Assembly: GCA_946965045.2 (NCBI GenBank)
Contig: OX337242.1
Location: 1,922,001 to 1,986,000, forward strand
Reading direction: 5' to 3'
DNA length: 64,000 bases
From: Epithemia pelagica
Taxonomy: Eukaryota; Protista; Bacillariophyta
Shown: in pieces, positions 33,711-45,076 of the stretch
How positions within the stretch are numbered: the stretch's first letter is position 1
Layout of the letters: every line of letters starts with the position of its first letter
The notes under the pieces: generated by a model
What the model saw: only the letters and a program-made list of their open reading frames with translations
What the model was told of the DNA's origin: nothing
Databases searched by the model: none
Position numbers and translations under genes: made by a program

Positions 33711-36700
33711 ATGCCAGCAGTGGCTGCTCCTCCTCAAACACGATCGGCTACCGCAAAACAACAGAAAACCACCTTCTCCAAGAAACAACAACAAGTGCTC
33801 CAGCAAGTCCAGGAACGCAAGAAACGACGCCTGTCCTTACCCCATTCGATTGCCTCCTCCACGTCCGTCAATCCCGAAAAGGTGATCAAACGGCGGCGTC
33901 AGTCACGACGCTTTTCCATTGGAACCAAATCCTCCTCACCCAATCATAATAATACCAAGGATCGTGGAATCAACGACGAAAACAACAGCAACAACAAAGA
34001 GGAGGAGTTGGAACGCGAACCTCTCACCCACGAGGAAACCGACGATCCTACGGTTGTGCAGGACAGATCGTCGTCGTCCCGAACGTTGCGTTCTTCTTCG
34101 AATCGTCGCCGTCTGTCACTTCCATTGACAAACCAGGAAAACGAACGTTTGGATTCTCCTCCCCCATCCGAGAATCGTGACGATACGTCCATGCCAATTC
34201 CTCAAGGCCCTACACCCTACTACAAAGTTGTGGAAGAACGTGGAGGAGAAATGTCCCCTCGACTCACGCGATCGGCGACCAAGACCAAACGAAAGCCATT
34301 TCATCATGACAATAGCAAGCCGCCCTTGGCCAAAACCACAGCCGCCGCCGCCACGGCCAGTCACGCCGAACGCAAAGAACGATGTTCCGTCTTTTCTCCT
34401 CCCAATCGACGCCAGAGTCACGGCCATGAATCGTAAGTGCTAAAATGCCATGTGTCGGTTTTGGCTTGTAGAAATGACGTGTTGTTGTTGCTCACTGCTT
34501 TTCTTGTTGACTCTCAGCGCTCGTCGTGGTCACTCCTCGGCAAAGTCCGAAAGTCGAATGCTCGTCTTTTCGCCTCCTCGCAATGAAATAGGTGCACAAG
34601 ATACCGTAGACCTGGAGGATTCCTCCGATTTGACGTCGGATACTACCGAGACGAGACAGCCAACGCTAAGTTCCAAGCAAATGGAAGCGCTGGCCTCCGA
34701 AATCAAGATTGTCAAGGAACAGCAAGGAGCCTTATTGAAAGCAAATCAAGAGGCACGTCAGACAGAATCGGATGCTCAGTCCAAATTTACGGATATGATG
34801 AAGGAAACCATGGGTTTGGTGGAACAACACTCGGCGCTCACGCTCGAATTGGAGCAGGTCAAATCGGAACGAGATCGGTTCCGTGCCATTGTCCAAGTGG
34901 ACATGGAACAGCTCGCGCAACACAATGAGCGTCTCGAAGAAGAAAATACCATGCTGGTATCACGTCAAAACAAGGATCGTAACCACATGCAAGAACTCGA
35001 ACAGAACTTGGATCAGTATCAGCAACAAGTTCATCGTCTGGAACAAGAAATGCTGCCTGCCTCCGAGCACGAGCTAAATCAGGCGAGGAACAAACTCAAG
35101 ATGCAACAAGACAAAATGACCGAGCTGCAAGGCCAAGCTGCCGAGTACAAGGAACAAATGACGACTCTGCAGCGACAATTGGAAGCAGCCACGAGTTCGG
35201 TTCAAACCTTGACGAGTGAAACAGATGCCAAACTACGACTGCTGTCGGACGACAAGCAACGATTGGAGGATGAACACTCGCAAATGACGGAAGATAACAC
35301 CAACCTGGGCGATCGTATCCAGGAATTGAATAGTGAACTCGAAAAGTGTTTTCAACAAGTGACGCGTTTTGAACAGGAGGAAATCCCCGCCTTGAGAGAA
35401 CAACTTCAAGAGGCGGAGGAAAAGATTCATGCGCAACAAACAGAACGAGCCTCGTTGGAGAAAGAATTGGCGAGTTACCAGAATCAAGTGGACCATTTGC
35501 AAGGACAAGTGCAAACCATGAGATTGGAGCAGGAACAGCAGTCCAGCGACGTTACTGCCGAAATGGAAACGATTGCGCGCGAAAACGAAGCTTTGGAGCA
35601 AGACAAGGAAGGACTTCTTCTCGTGCATGAGGAAAACCAAAGTAAAATCGACGAATTGAGCAATCAAGTCAAAGTTCTCGAAGAGAAACTACGTGATCTC
35701 GAGACGGTGCACCTTCCTCGCAAACAAGCCGATCTGGACCAGGCAAACGAGAATCTTCGCGCCCAAAAGCTTCACGTTACCAATCTCGAAGAGAAACTTG
35801 TCGAATCCGAACGATACATTGTGGATCTGCAACAACAGCTTGACGAAATGGATAAGAAGCACAAACTGGAATTGGATGAGCTTGAATCCAAAAATGTAGA
35901 TAATTCAAATGCTCTCAAGCAGTTGCAAGAGGAGCAAGTTGCCAAAGATCAAGAGTTGGAGCAAATGGAAATTGAGGTATCCACCAAAGAGGAACGAGTC
36001 AAGGAACTGAACGACCGCACACAAGAACTTGACGACGCCTTGAATGAAACCATGCAGCAATTAGAAGAATCCAATGCGGACTTGGCCCAAATGAAGGAGC
36101 GTATGGAGAGAATGGAAGTGGACGCTCAGGGACACACCTTGTCATCGAATCAAAGGATTCAAGATTTGGAACGAGCCCTTCGGAAATCTCAGCAGCGGGA
36201 ACAAGCCTTGAAAGCCGAAAAGAAGACATTGTACCAAGAGTCACTAAAACAAAAGGATGATTTGGAAGTGCTAGAGACCAAGCTCCACGAAAAGACACGA
36301 GAACACGACAAATTCAAGGAATATGCGGCTCTTTCGGGCGAGCGAGAAAAGGAGCTGCATGAACAATTAATGGAAAGTGACCAAGTTCGGCGTGATTTGC
36401 ATGCACGGGTTATGCAGCTCATGGGGAATATTCGTGTCTTTGTTCGAGTACGACCAATGACGTCTGAAGAAGAAGAAAAGCAGGAGCCAGCAGCTTTACG
36501 AGCAGGAGGAAAGGGAGCGTCAGAATCAAAAGATCAAGGTGCAATATTCAAGTTCCCGTCCATTAGTGATCGCCGCACGAATTCTACGAAGCGAAATGGA
36601 CAAAAGCAGGAGTCTTTTGATTTGACCAAGAAAGCGATTGAGGTCTTGGAACCCAAGAAAGATCGTGGTGGATTAAAAGACCGACGGGCACGACATCAGT

Positions 36701-37666
36701 TCCACTTTGACAATGTCTTTCAACATCAAGACAGCCAAAGAGATGTGTGGGAGTCGACAGAGTCCCTGGTACAAAGCACTGTTGATGGGTACAATGTCAC
36801 ACTCTTTGCCTATGGGCAAACGGGTTCGGGAAAGACCTACACAATGTTGGGAGAACCTGGAAACGAAGGCATTGTGACACGATCCATCAAAAAGTTGTTT
36901 GCCGACAAGGCAAAACTTGAAAACCGCACAAAGGGAAAAAGTCGAGTCGTCATTAAGGTTGAGATTGTGGAAATCTACAACGAGAATGTTTATGACTTGC
37001 TGTCGTCCGAACGAAAGAGTGAGGGCCGTAAAAGCTTGAAAGTTTCCATGGTCACTAATAACATCGAAGGTAACATGGTGCAGGAGATTGCAACAGAAGA
37101 TGAATGTCTTGAGTTAATGAATTTGGCACAAAACAAGCGATGCATCAAGTCCACTTCGTCGAACGCCGAAAGTTCACGGAGTCACTTGGTTTTTACAATT
37201 CACTACATTGTGACAGAGGATAGTGGATCAACCCGAAAAGGGAAGCTGAACATTTGCGATTTGGCTGGAAGCGAACGGCTCTCCAAAAGCGAGGCTCACT
37301 TTGTGGGGGTAAGTGGAGGGTTAGCAACTTGTGAATGTTACATTTTCTTCGGTCTCTCACTTGTGTATGTTTGTTGCTTCTCAGGGAGCACTTTTGCAAG
37401 AAACCAAAAACATCAACAAGAGCCTCAGTGCATTGTCGAATGTGATTGAGCAGTTGCAAGCCGGTAGCAAGACTGTGGCATATCGGGACTCAAAACTGAC
37501 CTCGCTTCTATGCGACAGTTTGGGAGGCGGAAATTCGAAGGTGTTGGCGGTCATCTGTTGCTGTCCCCTTTCGACACACTATCACGAGTCGCTGTCGAGT
37601 TTGCGATTTGCCGAAAAAGCAAGCAAGGTGGAACTCAAAGCCTCGGCTTCTGGATTTAGCTGTTAA
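33711..37666 (+). CDS. Kinesin-14 family motor (long coiled coil, C-terminal motor), two introns
   Basis: GNIRVFVRVRP neck, P-loop GQTGSGKT, NAESSRSH, DLAGSER and INKSLSAL...YRDSKLT; GTAAGT...CAG introns near 34433 and 37309. Confidence 0.93.
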
Positions 37667-38181
37667 ACTATTCCATAGATGTCAAACGTGATTTATTTCC
37701 CATTCACTTTTTTGATGGGGAAATCGGGAAGTCAAGAACTGCGCTCTAGAAAAGATGGGTTAGACAAACTAACATGTTCAAGTATTGAATGCATCCACGA
37801 TTCCACAGGACCTTGGGGATGACAAGAGGATACGAGACGAATGCAGTCAACCCAAGAGAGGACAAGGATAATGAATCACGATGTTGGGCATTAAATGTAG
37901 CTTGTTAAAGAGTTTGAATTGAACTCCGCTCAGTGAAATCTGCAGCGACTGTTTCGTGTGCAAAATACCAATGGAACTTCTTCGGTAACTTGGGAGTTCA
38001 TGTTTTTCTAGGTAGATGAGCTCTAGGACTATATGCTTTGGCTATAGCGAGGGTTGTGTCTTATGAATATATCGTGATATGACTATGGAAAATGAACAAA
38101 TGGCAAGAAGCGGACCGTGTGGAGTGCTGACTAAAATGTGGCGTACCTGATCTGGTATGATCGAAGAAGTCGTTGGGAAAG

Positions 38182-38888
38182 TTACTTTCTCTTTTGGCCA
38201 CGAATCATGTCATTTGTGAGCTCCTTGTATGTCTCAACCCAAGCCTGTTCGACTTCTGAGGTGAATTTTTCTTTCAGTGTTGCCTTGAGCGTGAACATGA
38301 GAGCTTCCCCCATTGCCGGGAACAAGTCGGGTCCTACTCCGTAACGTTGATGTTTAGCCCCCAGATCCAACATGATTCCAGTCAACAACTAACAATTTGC
38401 AAAGAAAAGAATGGAGTTGAGACGAACAGGATATACACAACCAGAAGGCAAGACATTCTCGATTTCACACATTAGACTGATCGCACGTACCTCAATGTCA
38501 GGTCCCAACATCTGCAAGGCCGTATCAAGCATCTCAATGAGATAAGATGCATGCATGAGAAATCTCTTGCTATCTAGAAGTTCCGCTGAATCGGTATCGA
38601 CATCGATTGGAAATCCAAACAGAATCTTTGTCTTTGGTTCTTTCTTGAACAATCTGCCAAACGGAAGAGGTTGTTAATGAGGAATACAATGTGACAGAAA
38701 GGCCTTCACGGATGGACATACCAGCAAAAGTGGGCAAAGTCACCAGCATCAATATCGGATAACAACAATCACACGTACTGTTGGAACAAAATTTTTCCAG
38801 CCATCTTTTCATAGTCGTTGTTCTGACGAACCATTTCCCAGGTTTCCATCACATGAGTGATCGTCGTGTAGCTCAATTCACGGACCAT
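38182..38888 (-). CDS. Single-domain globin, three exons
   Basis: Spliced MVRELSY...WE...LFQ-LFKKEP...FLMHA...LGAKHQRYGV...MGEAL...AW; proximal His and a probable distal His. Confidence 0.85.
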
Positions 38889-39205
38889 TGTCGTTATGTG
38901 TTGTCTTGTCGATTGGGTGATTAATGTGTGAGGCGATGAGATTTCTCACTGTTTGATTTTTATGTGAGATCGTTGAAAAGAAGTTGATTGAATTGACACT
39001 TTCGACTTTGGATCCATGCAGGAAATGATTTTCATCTTGCTGGGTGTCTTTAAGTTTCACGGAGACAACTGGCACTCGTCAGGTGAAGAAAGACGGTCCT
39101 CTTCTAGTGTTGTCCTGCCTCTTGCCCCTTGCCCCATCTGTCCTTTGTATTTTTTTCGTTCGCTCGTGTACTTACAAGCTGGCTTCACGAGCGACCTGCC
39201 TAGTG

Positions 39206-39320
39206 TATTACAGTACAAATACTGTACTGACAATTTTATACATAAACAATTATAGTAATCATTTATTACAGTACAAATACTGTACTGACAATTTTATACA
39301 TAAACAATTATAGTAATCAT
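39206..39320. repeat. AT-rich 58-bp tandem duplication with an internal hairpin
   Basis: TATTACAGTACAAATACTGTACTG...GTAATCAT starts at 39206 and again at 39264. Confidence 0.9.
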
Positions 39321-40680
39321 CTATGCCCCTTTGCTTATCGACCATGACGACAGCAAATTTGGGGAAACGATGCCGTTCAAACCAGGAAGACCATGAGTCA
39401 CCGCGCTTGGCGCTCACGTTGATTGTCGAGTGCGGACCCGACCGATACACAAGCGGCCCCTGTTCCCCAAACTCCACCGACGCAGCTGATTCAGCCATTG
39501 TTGCGGACACCGACGGCACCCAATCGGATGCATCCCACCACGTCGATTGGAGGCATGATCATGATGGGTCTTGCCCCCACCATCAAGTGACACCCGATAT
39601 CCCCAAGACCATTGACAACTCGGACCTGGAACCACATCGCGACAGTGATGATTATCACACTCTCATGAAGCCAATTCCCAATACAAGACAAACGCCCGTG
39701 GTGGACAATGATCAAGTGGATGTCACCTTTGGACGTGGAACCAACTTTTTGTCCACCGGATTACATCTTTCGCTCCTGCTTCTCGATTTCTTCATAACTT
39801 TGTTATTGGCAGCCTCGCGGCTCGCGGACTGTGGGATCAAAACGTGACATATTTAAGTTCGAAGTTGTCCCTTTTCATTTCACCGGTCAACCGGCCACGT
39901 CCTTGTCCTTGCACAATACACAACATACAACATCATGTTATTTTTATTCTCTCTAGACACTAGACAGGGACGTTCCAGGTTCCAGATTCCAGACCTTGTC
40001 CTTTCTACCTACCTAGGACCTCGGACCTCGGACCTTTTACCTCTAGTTAGTAGTTAGTGCTTCTTCACTACTTCGTTGGCAATTTGCATGTTGAAGAGAG
40101 AAACCGTCCTCATTCCTCATATGCATACATCACCATGTCACATGGCACAGGTCGATATAGTTCGGAAGAATGTCATACGAGTAGGTCGTAGGAAAATATC
40201 CAGCCAATATCAATCATATTACTCCTACTCCTAGCCTACTCGTACTCGTGCTCATTTCTCATACTTTCTTGTATCTCGTATCTCGTATCTCGTAGGAGTA
40301 TTAATATTCGTGTGCGACGGTCATCCATTACACGAGTACGAGTTACATACGTACGAGTAGGCTCCTAGAGATCCTAGTCAAGATTAGAGATACGAGTACG
40401 AGTAGACACGTCGGAAAAGTGAGAGTCATTGACTCTCTCATGTGTTTGGTTGGGCCTGACATGATACTGTCATCTCGGATGTCATGCGTCAGGCCCAACC
40501 GAGTTCTGTATACGTCATTCATCCCTGCGCGGACGAACCTTCCAATAGAAGTAGTGGTCAGCTTTTATCAATATTATCAATCGTCACATTAATTAGAATC
40601 ACATTATTTTTGCGAAAACAAGGTTGCTCTTCGCTCTCATAAAAAGTTGCAGGAAAGCGAAGTGGACTTGCAAGAGGACC

Positions 40681-43600
40681 ATGAGCGAAAGTAGCTTCGA
40701 AGAGGAGCCCCCAAAGCCTGGCGTTACGACGCAGTCCATCGCAGGTAGTTCCAATCCTGGCTTCGCCGGTTACGGAAGCACATCCAATTCGGATGACAAA
40801 ATTGTGGCCAAGGCAGATGACCAAGCGGTGAAGCTATCCAAACTTGCTGTGTTGCTCGTCATCGGCATAACTGCTATTGCATTTGCATCAGTCACATATG
40901 TTTTTACGTTTAATGAAGAAACAAGCGATTTTGAGCTTCAGTGAGTGTGGGTTGTTGCCTTTCGGATAGACAGATGTGAAAGTCTAGACTAACGTTTGTG
41001 GTGCTCTGATGATGTTGTCCACAGATTCGAAGATTTTGGTTACCAGGTTAGTGCTGTAGCACGCCAAGAAGCTGTTGCTGTCTTCGGTCTTCTCGCATAC
41101 AAAGCCATAAATGTTGCATCTTACAGCCTGGACAGAAATGTGGAGTGGCCCTTTTTGACCATGCCACATTTCGAGGAACGGGGAAATACGAACAATCGGT
41201 TTTCGAGGGCTCTACAAATGTCTCTTGTCGCCTTGGTTTCCAAAGAGAAAAAGGCCATGTGGGAAGACTATGCATGGACCAACCAACAGTGGGTGCAAGA
41301 TGGAGTGAACTCATCATCTGATCTCCACGTAGACTTTCTCGGACCCGACTTGAAGGTACCAGAGATTACACGCAGCGTGTACCGATTCGTGGGGGAGAAC
41401 GGCACGAGCGGTGACACAGTACCTGAAGACGGTTCTGGAGGAGTAGATTTTGGCCCAGGGGCATACGGTGTTGTATGGCAGCAGGCACCAGCACCGCATG
41501 ATCCTTCGATCATCAACTTCAACCTGTTGTCTCATCCTGTTTTTGCCCGTGTGTACCGGACCATGTGGGAATCCTCCCAAGCTGTACTCTCCGAGGTACT
41601 TAACCTTGGCTTTCTTTATGAAGGAGCTGTTCGGGATGAAATTACGAATCCTCATAGTTTCCTTATGCAACCGATTTATCCCTCGTTGGCAAATGGCAAT
41701 GAGAAGATCGATCGAGACAGCCTGTTGGGTTTCATTGTGGGGGTGCTTCCGTGGGACACTTATTTCCTAAACTTGCTTCCCGGACACATCAAGGGTATCA
41801 TTGTCGTTTTGCACAACTCTTGTGGTGAAGACTTTACCTACCGCCTCGATGGACAAGACGCTACCTATCTGGGCGAAGGTGACCTTCATGACACAAAGTA
41901 TAACCACCTCGAAATCACCTCTCCATTTGCCCCAACGGTGTCTGTGGAGGATTCATCTACTTCACTCGACAAGTGTGATTACGACTTGCGCATTTACCCA
42001 TCCCCCTCCTTCGAAGATGGCTACCGCACCAGCAGACCGTTGTTTTATGCAGTTGTCGTATTGTGCTTGTTTGTGTTCACTGCCGGTAAGAACATATACA
42101 AACCTGCACTCAAACCAAAGTGAAGTTCACTCAGACGTTTTATGTTTTTTTTTGTATTCATAGCGGTTTTTGTCTTGTATGACCTAATGGTTCAGCGCAG
42201 AAACTCCAAAGTTGTGTCCAAGGCCAAGAAAACCAATGCGATCGTGTCAGCCCTCTTCCCTAGTAATGTTCGCGACCGACTTCTGAGAGATGCCGAAGAG
42301 CAAGCTGCGATTGCAGAAAGGGACAAAAAGAAGAAGTTCGCTTTCGGAGCTGCCCAGAAAGAACAACTGAAAACATTCCTCGACGAAGATGGAGCACATG
42401 CCGTAGCTCATCCCTTCGGCACAAAGCCCATTGCCGACCTTTTCGTAAGCATAGTCGTACATCGTTGCCATAAGAAATATCACCCGGAGCCTCACTCATG
42501 CCTTTTTCGTGCTCTTCAGCCGAGTGCCACTGTCATGTTTGCAGATATTGTTGGTTTTACAGCGTGGAGCTCAGTTCGCGAACCAACACAAGTATTCACG
42601 TTGCTCGAAACCGTTTACCATTCGTTTGATATGATTGCCAAGCGACGACGCGTCTTCAAGGTCGAAACAGTAGGAGATTGCTACGTAGCCGTGGCTGGTC
42701 TTCCAGATCCACAACCAGATCATGCAGTTGTTATGGCTCGATTTGCCAAGGATTGTCTCGTAGAAATGGCTCACGTTTCCAAGAAATTGGAAGTTCAGTT
42801 GGGTCCTGACACAGGTGATTTGGCCATGAGGTTCGGAATGCACTCTGGTAGGTCAAATAGATTGGTTGTTGGTGTGCATAGAGCGTTTGGCTTTGCTGTG
42901 TCTCAACAGCGTTGTGTTTTCATTTTGTTAACATAGGACCTGTTACTGCCGGCGTTCTGCGTGGTGACAAGTCAAGATTTCAGTTGTTTGGCGATACAGT
43001 AAACACAGCGGCTCGAATTGAATCGTCCGGAGAGCGGAACCGTATCCACATGTCGGAGGAAACGGCAAAACTGTTGGTGGCTGCCGGAAAGGGACATTGG
43101 GTTCTGCAGAGAACAGATCTTGTTCAAGCCAAGGGCAAAGGAGCTTTGGAGACATTCTGGTTGGACCCTCAACTAAGGTCCTCACCATCGGTAAAATCTG
43201 GTTCGAAAGACGCGCCGGATTCACTTCCTCAGTTCAGCAAGGCGGACTTGACGCCTCGAATGCCAACCATTGATGAAAAGGCACAACGACTCATTGGCTG
43301 GAACGTGGATGTCCTCGGTCGATTAATGAAACGTATCATCGCACGAAGAAACGCCTTTTTGAAACTTGGAAGGGTCCGAAGCAGCAAAGTCATGCAAAGT
43401 CTCCCGTCGGTTTCTGAACCAGAGAATGAGAATGCCACCATGGTTCTTGACGAGGTGAAGGAAATCATTCATCTTCCGGCTTTCGACGCTGTTGTGAATG
43501 AAAACCAAGAGGATCCTGACAAAATCATTTTGAGCGAAGAAGTCACGGATAAGTTGCTCAAATATATTGGTACCATATCAGAAATGTACCGAGACAATCC

Positions 43601-44651
43601 TTTCCACAACTTTGAGCATGCCAGTCATGTGACCATGTCCGTGGTCAAGCTCCTTTCACGAATCATCACGGCCGATTCGCTGATGGAACAACAGAAGGAC
43701 AAGCAAGCTGGAGATGCTCTTTCATTGTTGCATGACTTTACGTTTGGAATTACCTCCGATCCCTTGACTCAGTTTGCCTGTGTCTTTGCAGCCTTGATTC
43801 ATGACGTGGACCATGTCGGTGTGCCAAACACTCAATTGGTCAAGGAAAAGTCCCATTTGGCCGAGATTTACAAGAACAAGAGTGTAGCGGAACAGAATTC
43901 CGTGGACTTGTCGTGGAGTCTCTTTATGGACGCCGAGTTTGAGTGCTTGCGACAAGTCATTTGTCCCACCGCAGACGAAATGAAGCGGTTCCGACAGCTC
44001 GTTGTGAATTCTGTCATGGCCACGGATATCATGGACAAAGATCTCAAGCTTCTTCGCAATCAGCGATGGGACAAGGCCTTTTCCGAAGAGACTAGCACGG
44101 ATTCGCCCTCGGACGTGGTGAATCGAAAAGCCACGATTGTGATTGAGCATTTAATCCAGGCTTCGGATGTCGCCCACACGATGCAGCATTGGCACATTTA
44201 CCGCAGATGGAACGAACGATTATTCCATGAGCTGTTCCTTGCCTATCACAATGGACGTGCTGAAAAGAACCCTGCCGAGTTCTGGTACAAGGGTGAAATG
44301 GGCTTTTTCGACTTTTACATCATCCCTTTGGCCAAAAAGCTCAAAGATTGTGGTGTCTTCGGTGTTTCCAGCGACGAATACCTGAACTACGCCGAGAAGA
44401 ATCGTCGCGAATGGGAAGCCAAGGGCCAGGAGATTGTGGAAAGCATGATCAACAAGTTCAATAGTCAACTTCAGATTGAAGAAGAAGAAGAAAGTCAGCA
44501 TCATCTAAAGCCAGACTTTAAGGCCGTCGAACCACAATCAGAACAAGCTACATCACCGTACACTCAACGACGATTGTCTCCAGAGCCAAACGCGACCAAC
44601 CTGGGGGTGAGGAATGGGGCCTCTCCAAATCGAAATGCCTCCATCGTGTAA
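40681..44651 (+). CDS. Membrane-bound class III (guanylate-type) nucleotide cyclase fused to a cyclic-nucleotide phosphodiesterase; several introns
   Basis: Two TM segments around an extracellular domain; VMFADIVGFT, KVETVGDCY and QLFGDTVNTAARIES (cyclase); PFHNFEHASHV, IHDVDH and IQASDVAH (PDE). Confidence 0.92.
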
Positions 44652-45076
44652 ACGACTACGGATAAAAAACGAAATGAAAATGTAACGGTGAGTGCAGATG
44701 TCCAAATATAGATGTTCCGGGAAGGCAAAAGGAATTGCCTTTCAAGCTTTGACTGACCGACCTCATTACTTTCAAACTCTCGGTCCCACAGCATGGCTAC
44801 TTACGATCAAATCATCATCATATTTGTCTTTCATGGAGGAATGCGGGTAACGAATCATATCAATGCCATTTAGCAAAGGGGTATACTAAAGAAAAAAGTT
44901 GTTGTCAGATACAAGTTTTAGGTAGATGTAAGATCCTCTCAGAAACTCGTCTTACCTGTTCCCACCCGTTACCCGTTGTTGGTGGTATGCACCGTATTTC
45001 ACGGGGCGACATTTGCTCCCCGTTCGTTCCCTTGTCTCTATGAGGTTGCACTTTTTCTCATCCATTGCAATAATGG

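Noticed and set aside
39323-39847. ORF with DVTFGRG, resembling the diatom DVLxGRG (DUF6824-like) motif
   Set aside because: The rest of the domain (H.GN..F) is missing and I found no convincing next exon.
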